This document shows positions 10,724 through 21,074 of a DNA stretch of 64,000 nucleotides, piece after piece. The stretch is from an uncultured Flavobacteriales bacterium. Its GTDB lineage: Bacteria; Bacteroidota; Bacteroidia; Flavobacteriales; BACL11. Under the pieces are notes generated by a model. That model was not told the origin of the DNA, did no database searches, and saw only the letters and a list, made by a program, of their open reading frames with translations. Where the stretch lies: the NCBI GenBank assembly GCA_943788405.1, contig CALSQD010000002.1, positions 1,325,701 through 1,389,700 of the forward strand, read 5' to 3'. Position numbers and translations under genes: made by a program. Positions within the stretch are counted from its first letter, which is position 1. Each line of letters starts with the position of its first letter.

Positions 10724-10744
10724 TTTCTAAAAAAAACAACTTAT

Positions 10745-10775
10745 AAAAAACCCTGATAAATAGTCAGGGTTTTTT
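10745..10775 (+). terminator. Rho-independent terminator after the 9101-10723 gene
   Basis: AAAAAACCCTGA-loop-TCAGGGTTTTTT. The stem is CCCTGA/TCAGGG and is followed by a T-run. Confidence 0.7.
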
Positions 10776-10827
10776 ATTGCTTCATAAATCAGATATTATT
10801 AAATTAGCCAAAAAAAACCAAAGAAAA

Positions 10828-11322
10828 ATGAAAAAAATATTTTCAACTATAGTTGCAATTGCAATATTTTCAACCTTAAGCATTGCACAAAACAGAACAC
10901 TACCATCAGTAGATGTAAAGACACTTGAAGGAAGTAATATAAATATCAATACAATTGAGAATGATGGAAACCCTATAGTAATTAGTTTTTGGGCTACTTG
11001 GTGCAAGCCTTGCAAAAAAGAATTAAATAACATTGCTGAAGTATATGAAGATTGGCAAGATGAAACTAATGTGAAATTAGTTGCCATTTCAATAGACAAT
11101 GCTAGGTCAATGGCAAAAGTTGCTCCATATGTAAATGCTTCTGACTGGGATTATGAAGTTTACATTGACCCTAATGGGGATTTAAAAAGAGCCATGGGAG
11201 TATCAACAGTACCGCATACTTTTCTATTAAATAGCAAAAAAGAAATTGTTTGGCAACATAAAGGATATGTTGATGGAGATGAAGAAGAACTTTTGGAACA
11301 AATTGAAAAATTAGCAAAATAA
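10828..11322 (+). CDS. TlpA-family periplasmic thiol:disulfide oxidoreductase
   Basis: It has a thioredoxin fold with the WATWCKPCKKEL motif. I place the start at ATG 10828 (MKKIFSTIVAIAIFSTLSIAQ signal peptide). The TTG at 10777 used by the ORF track lies directly after the upstream terminator T-run. Confidence 0.85.
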   Translation: MKKIFSTIVAIAIFSTLSIAQNRTLPSVDVKTLEGSNININTIENDGNPIVISFWATWCKPCKKELNNIAEVYEDWQDETNVKLVAISIDNARSMAKVAPYVNASDWDYEVYIDPNGDLKRAMGVSTVPHTFLLNSKKEIVWQHKGYVDGDEEELLEQIEKLAK

Positions 11323-11325
11323 TCT

Positions 11326-12990
11326 ATGAAGAAAATTGCAATTCTATTTACAGCATTAAGCTTTTCAATTCTTGGATTTTCACAAGAAAATAATGGTGAA
11401 TTTCATGGAGATTTTGACTTAAGCATGCAAAGTTATCAAGAAGACGCATTAATTGGAGCAGAAGCTGCTGATGAAATCATTCTTAATAACGCATACCTAA
11501 ATATCAATTACACCAAAGGGAACTTTTCTGCAGGATTGCGTTATGAAAGCTACCTAAACGCATTATTAGATTTTGATGATGATTATAAAGGGAATGGGAT
11601 TCCTTTCCGCTATGCTACATATATAATTGATGGGCTAGAAGTAACAGCTGGGAATTATTACGAACAAATAGGGAGTGGATTAATTTTTAGGAGTTATGAA
11701 AACAAAGGTTTGGGAGTGGATAATGCTATGGATGGAATCAGGCTTAAATACAGTCCTGCAAAAGGAGTATACCTCAAAAGTTTTATTGGAAAAAACAGAA
11801 CCTATTTCACCTATGCTGACGGTATTATAAGAGGAGCTGATGCTGAAATAGATCTTAATACAGCTTTAAATTTTGAGTCAAAAACTAAAATTATAATTGG
11901 ACAAGGGTTTGTTAGCAGATTCCAAGCAGACAACAATCCTAAATTTAACTTACCTCAAAATGTAGCAGCTTACGCTAGCCGATTAAATGTTATTAATGGT
12001 AGATGGAGTTATTCTGGAGAATATGCAATTAAATTAAATGACCCTATTGGCTCATTAACTGCTGAAGGAAATAATTATGCTAATGGGTATGCTTTAATGA
12101 GTAGTTTATCTTACTCAAAAAGGGGGTTTGGTATTATTGCTGAAATGCATAGAGTTGATCACATGGAATTCAGATCAGAAAGAGCTCAAGAAAAGCAATA
12201 CATCATTAATTACATCCCAACATTAACAAAACAACATACTTATAGTTTATTAGCCCTATACCCATGTGCTACACAATCAGAGGGTGAATTTGGAACGCAA
12301 ATTGATGTATTTTATAAAATTAAAAAAGGAAGTCTTTTAGGAGGAAAATATGGAACAAAAATTTCATTTAACTTTTCGAGTATTAGAAGCCTTCAAAAAG
12401 GAATAAAATATGATGTTAATGGCAATGAAGTTACAGAAATAAGCAGCTCATTTAAAAATGACTACAATGATTTTACTCCTAAATTCTTTAGTAAAAATGG
12501 AGAATTATTCTTTAATGACATCAATTTAGAAGTTTATAAAAAAATTAACAAAAAAGTAAAAGCTACTGGAGTACTAGCAAAACAATCCTATAACAAGGAT
12601 GTATTGGAAGGAAAAACAAATTATGGAATAGTTAATTCTACCATTGCTATTGCTGATATCAGCTACAAAGTAAAAAAAGGGCATACTGTTCGTGTTGAGC
12701 TTCAAGAATTATTAGCAGATGGCGGAGATGGGAGTTGGAGTATGGGACTAATTGAATACACAGTTTCTCCACATTGGTTTTTTGCTGTACAGGACATGTA
12801 TAATTGGGGAAATCATGATATAGAAAAACAATTACACTATGTAAATATTAACTGTGGATTCCTTAGTGGATCTAATAGGTTCGCCATTGGATATGGTAAA
12901 AAAAGAGCAGGAATATTCTGTGTTGGAGGAGTGTGTAAAGAAGTTCCTTCCTCTAACGGGTTTAGTTTAACAATATCATCAAGTTTTTAA
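11326..12990 (+). CDS. Putative outer-membrane beta-barrel protein (resembles the Bacteroidota DUF6029 family)
   Basis: 554 aa. It has a signal peptide, alternating beta-strand-like composition rich in Y/G/N, and a C-terminal aromatic residue (...LTISSSF). The family name is from memory only. Confidence 0.6.
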   Translation: MKKIAILFTALSFSILGFSQENNGEFHGDFDLSMQSYQEDALIGAEAADEIILNNAYLNINYTKGNFSAGLRYESYLNALLDFDDDYKGNGIPFRYATYIIDGLEVTAGNYYEQIGSGLIFRSYENKGLGVDNAMDGIRLKYSPAKGVYLKSFIGKNRTYFTYADGIIRGADAEIDLNTALNFESKTKIIIGQGFVSRFQADNNPKFNLPQNVAAYASRLNVINGRWSYSGEYAIKLNDPIGSLTAEGNNYANGYALMSSLSYSKRGFGIIAEMHRVDHMEFRSERAQEKQYIINYIPTLTKQHTYSLLALYPCATQSEGEFGTQIDVFYKIKKGSLLGGKYGTKISFNFSSIRSLQKGIKYDVNGNEVTEISSSFKNDYNDFTPKFFSKNGELFFNDINLEVYKKINKKVKATGVLAKQSYNKDVLEGKTNYGIVNSTIAIADISYKVKKGHTVRVELQELLADGGDGSWSMGLIEYTVSPHWFFAVQDMYNWGNHDIEKQLHYVNINCGFLSGSNRFAIGYGKKRAGIFCVGGVCKEVPSSNGFSLTISSSF

Positions 12991-12991
12991 T

Positions 12992-13891
12992 ATGAAAAAT
13001 GTAATCACACTTTTTAGTTTTATCCTATTTATCACATCTTGTGATGTAGTAGAAGGACCTTATTTAATTGACAATGGAGGAATTACTCCAGTAGACACTT
13101 CATCAAACACTTATGTTAAAAAAGTTTTAATTGAGGACTTTACAGGACATACTTGTCCTAATTGCCCAGCTGCAGCAAGAGAGCTTGAAGCAATACATGA
13201 TGTTTATGGTAATCAAATTATTGGAATGGCTTTACATGTTTCAACTGGTTTTGCAGCACCATGGACAGGTGCAGGAAAATATGAATATGATTTCAGAACA
13301 GAATGGGGAACAGAATGGGATGATTTTTTTGACATCTCTAATGCTGGATTGCCAAGAGGGATGGTAAATAGAATCGGCTATCCTAACGAACATAGATTAG
13401 GAAAAAATGAGTGGCTATCTGCTGTAATTACAGAATTAGAAAAAGAAATTGATTTTGGGATTAGTATTACATGTGATATGAATGGGAATGAAGGTACTAT
13501 CACTGTAAATACTGAACTCATAAATGATGTAGTTGGTGATTACAACCTAGTAGTTTGCTTAACTGAAAGCCATATAATTGACTGGCAAAAGGATGGCCAA
13601 ACAGATAATGAATTTTATGAGCACAATCATGTTTTAAGATCTGTATTGAGTGATGAGAGCTTAAGTATATCTTCATCTTACACTTCTGGAGATATTATTG
13701 CAGAACCTATCGCTATAAACTTAACTACTCTAGAACAATACAATATTGACTACTCAGCAAATACAGCAATTAACGGAAATGGTAATTCTGGAGGATGGAA
13801 TATTGAGAACATGTCAGTAATTGCTTATATTTACGACAATACTACAAAAGAGATAGTGCAAGTTGAAGAAGCACATTTAATGAACAAATAA
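12992..13891 (+). CDS. Omp28-related outer-membrane lipoprotein with a CxxC motif
   Basis: 299 aa. It has a lipoprotein signal (LFITSC) and a KKVLIEDFTGHTCPNCPAA block characteristic of Omp28-related thioredoxin-like proteins. Confidence 0.7.
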   Translation: MKNVITLFSFILFITSCDVVEGPYLIDNGGITPVDTSSNTYVKKVLIEDFTGHTCPNCPAAARELEAIHDVYGNQIIGMALHVSTGFAAPWTGAGKYEYDFRTEWGTEWDDFFDISNAGLPRGMVNRIGYPNEHRLGKNEWLSAVITELEKEIDFGISITCDMNGNEGTITVNTELINDVVGDYNLVVCLTESHIIDWQKDGQTDNEFYEHNHVLRSVLSDESLSISSSYTSGDIIAEPIAINLTTLEQYNIDYSANTAINGNGNSGGWNIENMSVIAYIYDNTTKEIVQVEEAHLMNK

Positions 13892-13903
13892 ACCATATCA
13901 ATT

Positions 13904-14884
13904 ATGAAAAAACTATTATTTACCCTTTTATCTGGACTTATTGGATTAAATTCTTTTGCTCAACCTGATCTACCAATTACAAGCATTTTTGCTGATGATA
14001 TTGCACAAGGAGAAAAACTTATTGAAGCATATTTCACTCCAATGGCAGAAAGTTTTGGTGCAGGTTTAAATAGCGGGTGGTACAATACTGCAAAACCTCA
14101 TAGTTTAGGTGGCTTTGATTTGACATTTACTTTAAACACTGTTATTATTCCAAATTCAGCAAAAACATTTAATATTGAAGATGCTGGAGGGACTGTTTTT
14201 ACTTCTTCTACTGAAACTGAGGCTTCTACTATATTTGGCAGCTCTGATGCAACTCCAATGACATATAATACGTCAGACCCAGTAAATATGAATGATCCAT
14301 TGTTTCAGAGTGACTTTAATATGCCAGGGGGATTTAAAACTCCTGCAATGCCACTACCAATGATACAAGCAGGTATTGGATTAATCAAGAATACTGCTAT
14401 TGATATAAGATATATGCCTTTTATGGATATTGGTAATATCGGCAAAGTAAATCTTTTTGGAATTGGACTAAAACATGATTTATTACAATGGATTCCTGTA
14501 GTTGGTGATGCAGTACCTATGAGTTTATCCATTCAAGGAGGGTATACTACACTGAATACTGAGCTGAAAATAGCAGACCAAAAAGTTGCTCTAAAAACTA
14601 AGGCAACTACAATTAATTTAGTTGCTTCAAAAAAACTATTAATGGTAACTGGTTATGCAGGAGTTGGCTATAATTCATCTACTACTACTTTTGCTGCTGA
14701 TGCTAATTTTGAATTAAGTGGGATTAAATTTGATGAAAATGTAGAGATGAAATTTGAAAGTAATAAGAATGTAAGAGCTAATATTGGGTTGAGATTAAAT
14801 ATCACACTAGTAACTATTCAGGCAGATTACACATTTGCAGAATACCCAACAGCTACTTTAGGTCTCGGTGTTAGCTTAAGATAG
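13904..14884 (+). CDS. Hypothetical secreted or outer-membrane protein
   Basis: 326 aa. It has a signal peptide (…LNSFAQ) and beta-rich composition, ending ...TATLGLGVSLR. I do not recognise a catalytic motif. Confidence 0.6.
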   Translation: MKKLLFTLLSGLIGLNSFAQPDLPITSIFADDIAQGEKLIEAYFTPMAESFGAGLNSGWYNTAKPHSLGGFDLTFTLNTVIIPNSAKTFNIEDAGGTVFTSSTETEASTIFGSSDATPMTYNTSDPVNMNDPLFQSDFNMPGGFKTPAMPLPMIQAGIGLIKNTAIDIRYMPFMDIGNIGKVNLFGIGLKHDLLQWIPVVGDAVPMSLSIQGGYTTLNTELKIADQKVALKTKATTINLVASKKLLMVTGYAGVGYNSSTTTFAADANFELSGIKFDENVEMKFESNKNVRANIGLRLNITLVTIQADYTFAEYPTATLGLGVSLR

Positions 14885-14885
14885 C

Positions 14886-15479
14886 ATGAGAATCTTTCTT
14901 TACATTCTTCTTTGTGTTGTTTCTATCAATATTCAAGCACAAAATTTTGGAGGAGGATTAATTTTAGGATTAAGCACTTCACAAGTTTCAGGAGATCATC
15001 TTGGAGGATTTAATAAAGCAGGATTGCTAGTTGGTGGTTTTGTTAATTTACAACTCAGTAATACTCTAAAAGGTCAAATGGAAATGACTTTTATTCAAAA
15101 AGGGAGCAATAACCCTAAAATGAATGAAAATGGAATTACCGATATTAATTTATCCTATGTTGAAGTGCCTTTACTTTTAAAATATCAACAAAGCAGTACA
15201 ATAACTGTTGAAGGAGGGATTGAAACTGCTTTTCTAATTTCCTCTTCTGACAATGATATTTACGGTCAGCTTTCTAGCAATAAAACAAGAGAATTCAACA
15301 CAACAGACATTGGTGTTTTTATAGGTGTTGATTATTCTATTAACCCCCGATTAGTATTAAATAGTCGTATTAGTAATTCTATTTTACCAATAAGATCTCA
15401 TGCATCAGGGAGTACTTTTCAACTTAATAAAGGGCAATACAATTCTGTATTGAGCTTTGCACTTCATTATCATTTATAA
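14886..15479 (+). CDS. Small outer-membrane beta-barrel (porin-family/OmpW-like) protein
   Basis: 197 aa with a signal peptide (…INIQAQ). It shows eight-strand-like amphipathic repeats, an SYVEVPLLLKY motif and a C-terminal aromatic pattern. Confidence 0.65.
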   Translation: MRIFLYILLCVVSINIQAQNFGGGLILGLSTSQVSGDHLGGFNKAGLLVGGFVNLQLSNTLKGQMEMTFIQKGSNNPKMNENGITDINLSYVEVPLLLKYQQSSTITVEGGIETAFLISSSDNDIYGQLSSNKTREFNTTDIGVFIGVDYSINPRLVLNSRISNSILPIRSHASGSTFQLNKGQYNSVLSFALHYHL

Positions 15480-16052
15480 ATGAATAAGAAACACAAAATA
15501 ATAGTTGCTGTAACTGGCGCAAGTGGTGCAATATACGCCAAAGTACTTTTTGATAAACTAGTACAACTACAAGATCAAATAGAAGAAGTTGGCGTGTTGA
15601 TGAGTGATAATGCAAAGTATGTTTGGGAAACAGAATTAGAAAATACTGACTACAATAATTACCCTTTTACCTTTTATGATAAAATGGATTTTATGGCTCC
15701 TTTCGCCAGTGGTTCTGCAAACTTTGGTACTATGATTATTTGCCCTTGCTCTATGGGGACTATGGGCAGAATTGCTGCAGGAATAAGCAATGACTTAACA
15801 ACCAGAGCTGCTGATGTTATCCTAAAAGAAAGAAGAAAATTGATAATTGTTGCAAGAGAAACGCCACTGAGTTTGATTCACATAAATAATATGAAAACAA
15901 TTACTGAGGCGGGAGGAATCATTTGCCCAGCAACTCCATCATTTTACAGCAAACCTCAAAATTTTGAAGCCTTAGCTGCTACTGTAATTGATCGAGTATT
16001 AACACTCGGTGGTATAGAAAACAATTCATATAGTTGGGGTACAAAACAATAA
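15480..16052 (+). CDS. ubiX: Flavin prenyltransferase UbiX
   Basis: 190 aa. It has the KIIVAVTGASGAIYA flavoprotein N-terminus, and the PCSMGTMGRIAAG and RRKLIIVARETPLS motifs. Its ATG directly abuts the stop of the preceding gene. Confidence 0.9.
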   Translation: MNKKHKIIVAVTGASGAIYAKVLFDKLVQLQDQIEEVGVLMSDNAKYVWETELENTDYNNYPFTFYDKMDFMAPFASGSANFGTMIICPCSMGTMGRIAAGISNDLTTRAADVILKERRKLIIVARETPLSLIHINNMKTITEAGGIICPATPSFYSKPQNFEALAATVIDRVLTLGGIENNSYSWGTKQ

Positions 16053-16096
16053 ATTGCTGAACTTTGGGTTATTGTAATTGAAAAGAATAAAAACCT

Positions 16097-16282
16097 ATGT
16101 TAGAATTCAGTAAAAAGATACTTCAAAAAGTAAGTTTTGATCAAAATTTATTCAGAAAAGAATTACAAAAAAGTGCAAGATGGATTGGTAAAAATGAAAT
16201 AATTACCTTAAAAGTTTGGGCACTTACCTCCTTTGCTCAATACAAAGACACAATACTAGAGGTTTTTGATCAAATTTCTTAA
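16097..16282 (+). CDS. Small hypothetical protein
   Basis: A 61-aa helical-looking ORF. It overlaps the ruvB stop convergently by 4 nt. No motif was recognised. Confidence 0.45.
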   Translation: MLEFSKKILQKVSFDQNLFRKELQKSARWIGKNEIITLKVWALTSFAQYKDTILEVFDQIS

Positions 16283-17301
16283 AATAAATTTCCTTGGTCA
16301 GCAGATTTTGTTTTTCCTAAATGTTTAAAAGCTAAATCAGTTGCTTGCCTTCCTCTTGAAGTTCGCATTAAATAACCTTCCATAATAAGGAAAGGTTCAT
16401 ACACTTCTTCAATCGTTCCCGCCTGCTCACCCACTGCAGTAGCAATAGTAGTAAGCCCCACAGGACCTCCTTTAAATTTATCAATAATAGTTGATAATAT
16501 TCTATTATCCATTTCGTCCAAACCATGCTCATCAACATTAAGTGCAGTTAAAGAATATTGGGTAATTTTTTTATCAATATTTCCATCTCCTTTTATCTGA
16601 GCAAAATCACGAACACGCCTCAATAAAGCATTTGCAATCCTTGGTGTACCTCTACTTCTTCCCGCAATTTCAGCTGCCGCATCCTTTGCAATACTTACAT
16701 CCAAAATAGAAGAAGAACGATTTACAATTTTAGAAAGTAAATCTAATTTATAATATTCCAAACGAGCATTAATCCCAAAACGAGCCCTCAATGGTGCAGT
16801 TAATAATCCTGAACGAGTAGTTGCTCCAATTAATGTAAAAGGATTTATTTTAATTTGAACCGAACGCGCATTTGGCCCTGATTCTATCATAATATCAATT
16901 TGATAATCCTCCATTGCAGAATACAAATACTCCTCAACAATAGGATTTAACCTATGGATTTCATCAATAAATAACACATCTCTTTCTTCCAGATTGGTAA
17001 GCAAACCTGCTAAATCGCCTGGTTTATCCAAAACAGGACCAGAAGTAGTTTTGATATTAACACCTAACTCATTGGCAATAATATTGGCTAAAGTAGTTTT
17101 TCCAAGCCCAGGAGGGCCGTGTAACAATACATGATCCAAAGCCTCTTCTCTTTGAGAAGCAGCCTGAATAAATACTTCAAGATTATCTACAATTTTTTCT
17201 TGCCCCTCAAAATCTTCAAATAGTTTAGGACGCAATACTTGCTCTATCGCCAACTCCTGTTCAGAGAAAGCTTCATTATCAGGGTTTAGATTTTCATTCA
17301 T
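16279..17301 (-). CDS. ruvB: Holliday junction DNA helicase RuvB
   Basis: It has the Walker A motif [11 protein letters not shown], the Walker B motif [10 protein letters not shown] and sensor motifs. I place the start at ATG 17301 ([10 protein letters not shown]...). The ORF-track start at 17322 is an upstream alternative codon. Confidence 0.95.
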   Translation of the reverse strand: MNENLNPDNEAFSEQELAIEQVLRPKLFEDFEGQEKIVDNLEVFIQAASQREEALDHVLLHGPPGLGKTTLANIIANELGVNIKTTSGPVLDKPGDLAGLLTNLEERDVLFIDEIHRLNPIVEEYLYSAMEDYQIDIMIESGPNARSVQIKINPFTLIGATTRSGLLTAPLRARFGINARLEYYKLDLLSKIVNRSSSILDVSIAKDAAAEIAGRSRGTPRIANALLRRVRDFAQIKGDGNIDKKITQYSLTALNVDEHGLDEMDNRILSTIIDKFKGGPVGLTTIATAVGEQAGTIEEVYEPFLIMEGYLMRTSRGRQATDLAFKHLGKTKSADQGNLF

Positions 17302-17330
17302 GCTAGCAGCAAATGTAAACAATAATTGAT

Positions 17331-17358
17331 AAAAAAAGGGTCAGCAATGCTGACCCTT
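17331..17358 (-). terminator. Rho-independent terminator ending the act operon
   Basis: AAGGGTCAGC-AAT-GCTGACCCTT forms a perfect 10-bp stem. On the minus strand it is followed by a T7 run. Confidence 0.75.
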
Positions 17359-17384
17359 GAATTTTATATTAACAAACCTAAATC

Positions 17385-18569
17385 TTAGGTATGTAAGTGT
17401 TTACTCTCATCTAAGAAAGGATGATTCTTAGTTTCTAATGGTTCTTTTGTTAAAGCATTTAAAACTAAGTATATTAACAAACCTCCAAATCCTAATCCAA
17501 TTCCAACCTCAGTAAATCCAATATGACCATGTGTACCTAAAGTACCAGGAGTTACCAATAAATAAGAATTTAACCAGTGACCCAATAGAATGATACAACC
17601 TACAAAAATTAATCTTCCATTGTTTCTTTTTGCATCTCTACTCATCAATAGAATAATAGGAGCAATAAAGTTAATAATCATACTGAACCAGAATAAGAAC
17701 TTATAATTTTCAACTTCTAATCTAGCAGTAAAGTAAGTTACTTCCTCAGGGATATTAGCATACCAAATCAACATAAATTGTGAGAACCAAATATATGTCC
17801 ATACCAATGAAAAGGCAAAAATCCATTTTCCTAAATCATGAATATGATTTTCATTCACATCCTGCAAATGTCCTTTCCTTTTTAGATAAAGGGTAAATAA
17901 TAAAACAGTAGTAAAACCAATTGCACACCATTCAGCAAATATATACCATCCAAAAATAGTTGAGAACCAGTGTGTATCAATTGACATAATCCAATCCCAA
18001 GAAGCCATTGCAGAAGTTACCGCAAAAAATACCATAAACCATGCTGAAGTACTTACCCCTCTAAAGTGAATAGCTGTACCTCCTTCTTTATCTTCTAATA
18101 CTGATAAAGCTCTTAATTTCTTAGCAAAATAATTCCATCCTAATAAGTAAATTATTGTTCTGATGATGAAGAAACTTGCATTTAAGTAAGCTTCTTTACC
18201 TGCAATAATTGCATCATAGTCTTTATGACCAACAGTCATAATACCTTCATGTAACCAGTGGTAAATATGATTCCAGTGCATAATACTAGCCACCATGATG
18301 AATAACATAATCAAACTAAATACAGGTAAAGCTGCCATAATTGCTTCTGGCACCCTTTTTAAAACGATTGACCAACCAGCTTCAGCTACATATTGTAGTG
18401 CTACAAAAAATACACCAAAAACTGCAATCCCTATATAAAAATAAGTATTAAATAATAATGCTGGCCAAGCTCCATGAGGATTTGAAACAAATCCAAAAAT
18501 TAATGCAATTAACCCAATAGCCATTAATGCCATTGTAAAATTCTTTGCTTTTTTATCTATTGTAAACAT
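17385..18569 (-). CDS. actF: Alternative Complex III membrane subunit ActF
   Basis: 394-aa polytopic membrane protein. It is the last gene of a contiguous actABCDEF-ordered cluster. Confidence 0.8.
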   Translation of the reverse strand: MFTIDKKAKNFTMALMAIGLIALIFGFVSNPHGAWPALLFNTYFYIGIAVFGVFFVALQYVAEAGWSIVLKRVPEAIMAALPVFSLIMLFIMVASIMHWNHIYHWLHEGIMTVGHKDYDAIIAGKEAYLNASFFIIRTIIYLLGWNYFAKKLRALSVLEDKEGGTAIHFRGVSTSAWFMVFFAVTSAMASWDWIMSIDTHWFSTIFGWYIFAEWCAIGFTTVLLFTLYLKRKGHLQDVNENHIHDLGKWIFAFSLVWTYIWFSQFMLIWYANIPEEVTYFTARLEVENYKFLFWFSMIINFIAPIILLMSRDAKRNNGRLIFVGCIILLGHWLNSYLLVTPGTLGTHGHIGFTEVGIGLGFGGLLIYLVLNALTKEPLETKNHPFLDESKHLHT

Positions 18570-18583
18570 GCTTTATCTATTTT

Positions 18584-19162
18584 TTATTTACCTAAATTCT
18601 GTAATTCTTCTTGTACATAAAGAGTGATTTTCCACCTTTCATCTTCATTAATTTGTGTAGCATGAGGTCCCATAGCATTCAATCCATAAGTAATAGCATG
18701 GAAAATATGCCCTGCTTCTAGCTCATTCATAGGAACTCCTGGTCTTCTATTCAATTTCTCATCATTATAATGAGGCACTGCCGAATAAATTGCATGATTA
18801 ATAGTACCATCTCCTGCACCTGTTGCACCATGACAATGCTCACAGAACATTCCATAAAGCGCCTTACCATCTGCTAAGTTTTTCTCATTATTTTCAATTG
18901 GATTAACAGCAGTATTTCCTGCTGCTAAATATCCCTCTAAAGTTCCGTCATAGTTAAATGTAGAAAGATGTCCTCTTGCTACAGTACCTTCAACAGGCTG
19001 TAAAGCATTCAAACCTGTAATTGTATTTTCACCATAAGTTTCCAATGATGGTGAACGGTACATATTAGGCATAAATTCATATCCAGGATCAGAATCTCCT
19101 CCACAAGAAGATAAAAATATAACTCCTGAAATAAAGGCTAATTTTAAAAGTAATTTATTCAT
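18584..19162 (-). CDS. actE: Alternative Complex III monohaem cytochrome c lipoprotein ActE
   Basis: 192 aa. It has a lipobox (FLSSCGG) and a single CEHCH haem-binding motif. Confidence 0.85.
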   Translation of the reverse strand: MNKLLLKLAFISGVIFLSSCGGDSDPGYEFMPNMYRSPSLETYGENTITGLNALQPVEGTVARGHLSTFNYDGTLEGYLAAGNTAVNPIENNEKNLADGKALYGMFCEHCHGATGAGDGTINHAIYSAVPHYNDEKLNRRPGVPMNELEAGHIFHAITYGLNAMGPHATQINEDERWKITLYVQEELQNLGK

Positions 19163-19164
19163 AA

Positions 19165-19686
19165 TTATGCGTCTTTTTCGTTAATTTCAGTAGCTCCAGT
19201 TTTTGTAAGCATTGCTTTTACATCTGCTACATTTCCTTCCACTTCTATCTCCATTAAAAATTTATCATCTGTAGTTCTTGCATCAGGACTATCTGATTCT
19301 CCACCAGGGTACAATCCATTTCTTATCAAATAAGTAATTGACATAAGGTGAGCTGCAAATAGTACTGTACATTCGAACATAATAGGAATAAATGCTGGCA
19401 TATTATGATAGAAAGTAAAGTTTGGTTTACCACCAATATTCTGTGGCCAATCAATAATCATTATATTATAAATCATTAAAGCAGCTAATGAAAGCCCAAT
19501 GCAACCATAAATAAAAGCAGTAATTGCCATTCTAGTTTCTTTTAAGCCTAAAGCTTTGTCTAAACCGTGTACAGGGAAAGGAGAATAAACTTCCTTTATC
19601 TCAATTTTATTCGCGCGAATTTCTTTTACTGCAGCCAATAAAACTAGCTCACAATCAAAAATTCCGTATAGTGTATTTTTACTCAT
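19165..19686 (-). CDS. actD: Alternative Complex III subunit ActD (DUF3341-type)
   Basis: 173 aa with two central TM helices. Position between actC and actE supports the call. Confidence 0.8.
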   Translation of the reverse strand: MSKNTLYGIFDCELVLLAAVKEIRANKIEIKEVYSPFPVHGLDKALGLKETRMAITAFIYGCIGLSLAALMIYNIMIIDWPQNIGGKPNFTFYHNMPAFIPIMFECTVLFAAHLMSITYLIRNGLYPGGESDSPDARTTDDKFLMEIEVEGNVADVKAMLTKTGATEINEKDA

Positions 19687-21065
19687 TATTTCTTGTTTTT
19701 ATATTCAGATCCTGAAGATTTAACAATTGATTTTAATTCTGCTTGTGCAATTACTGGGAAAGTTCTTGCATATAATAGGAATAGTACAAAGAAGAAACCA
19801 ATCGTTCCTAAATAAATTCCTATATCAATAAAAGATGGTGAGAACATTGTCCATGATGATGGTAAGAAATCTCTATGTAGAGAAGTTACAATAATCACAA
19901 AACGCTCAAACCACATTCCGATATTTACAAAAATAGATAAGATGAATGTTGCTACAAAACTCTTTCTGATTGAACTGAACCAATACAATTGTGGAGTAAG
20001 CACATTACAAGTCATCATAATAGCATAAGCCCACCAGTAAGGACCAGTTGCTCTATTTAAGAAAGCATATTGTTCAAATTCAACACCAGAATACCATGAC
20101 ATGAAAAGCTCAGTAATATAGGCTGTACCTACTAATGAACCTGTAAGTAGAATAATAATATTCATGTACTCAATATGCTTAATAGTAATATAAGCTTCCA
20201 TGTTTACTACTTTTCTCATTATGATAAGTAAAGTTTCAACCATTGCAAAACCTGAGAACAATGCACCTAATACAAAGTAAGGAGGGAAAATTGTAGTATG
20301 CCAACCTGGAATAACAGAAGTAGCAAAATCCATAGATACAATAGAGTGTACCGAGAATACAAGTGGTGTAGCTAAACCAGCTAATACTAAAGAAACTTCT
20401 TCAAATCTTTGCCAGTGTTTTGCTTTACCACTCCACCCAAATGAAAGGAAAGAATATAATTGCTTTTTCATTGGTGCAGTTTTTGCACTCATTCTATCTC
20501 TTAACATTGCGAAGTCAGGAATTAAACCAATGTACCAGAAAACTACCGATACAGAGAAATAAGTAGAAATTGCAAATACATCCCACAATAAAGGAGAATT
20601 AAAGTTTACCCAAAGTGAACCAAACTGATTAGGAATAGGGAATACATAGTAAGCTAACCAAGGACGACCCATGTGAATTAATGGGAAAAGTGCAGCTTGT
20701 GCTACCCCAAAAATTGTCATTGCTTCAGCAGAACGGTTAATTGACATTCTCCATTTTTGACGGAATAATAACAGTACAGCCGAGATTAATGTTCCTGCAT
20801 GCCCAATACCAATCCACCATACAAAGTTGGTAATATCCCATGCCCAGTTAACTGTTTTGTTTAGTCCCCAAGCACCAATACCAGTACCAATTGTGTAGGC
20901 CATACAAAGCACCCCCCAAATAAATAACACCATTGATAATGAAAATAATATCCACCAGTATTTATTAGCCTTACCTTCAACAGGCTTTGAAATATCTTTT
21001 GTTATATCATGGAAAGATTTATTTCCAAGAATTAACGGATCTCTAATTTCTGCTTCTTTTTGCAT
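19686..21065 (-). CDS. actC: Alternative Complex III quinol-interacting NrfD/PsrC-like membrane subunit ActC
   Basis: 459 aa with about 10 TM helices and NrfD-like composition. It is adjacent to actB. Confidence 0.85.
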   Translation of the reverse strand: MQKEAEIRDPLILGNKSFHDITKDISKPVEGKANKYWWILFSLSMVLFIWGVLCMAYTIGTGIGAWGLNKTVNWAWDITNFVWWIGIGHAGTLISAVLLLFRQKWRMSINRSAEAMTIFGVAQAALFPLIHMGRPWLAYYVFPIPNQFGSLWVNFNSPLLWDVFAISTYFSVSVVFWYIGLIPDFAMLRDRMSAKTAPMKKQLYSFLSFGWSGKAKHWQRFEEVSLVLAGLATPLVFSVHSIVSMDFATSVIPGWHTTIFPPYFVLGALFSGFAMVETLLIIMRKVVNMEAYITIKHIEYMNIIILLTGSLVGTAYITELFMSWYSGVEFEQYAFLNRATGPYWWAYAIMMTCNVLTPQLYWFSSIRKSFVATFILSIFVNIGMWFERFVIIVTSLHRDFLPSSWTMFSPSFIDIGIYLGTIGFFFVLFLLYARTFPVIAQAELKSIVKSSGSEYKNKK

Positions 21066-21074
21066 ATCTATATA

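Noticed and set aside
10777-10827. An upstream TTG start for the TlpA-like gene (MLHKSDIIKLAKKNQRK...).
   Set aside because: The TTG lies directly after the preceding gene's terminator T-run (10745-10775). The ATG at 10828 gives a standard signal peptide.
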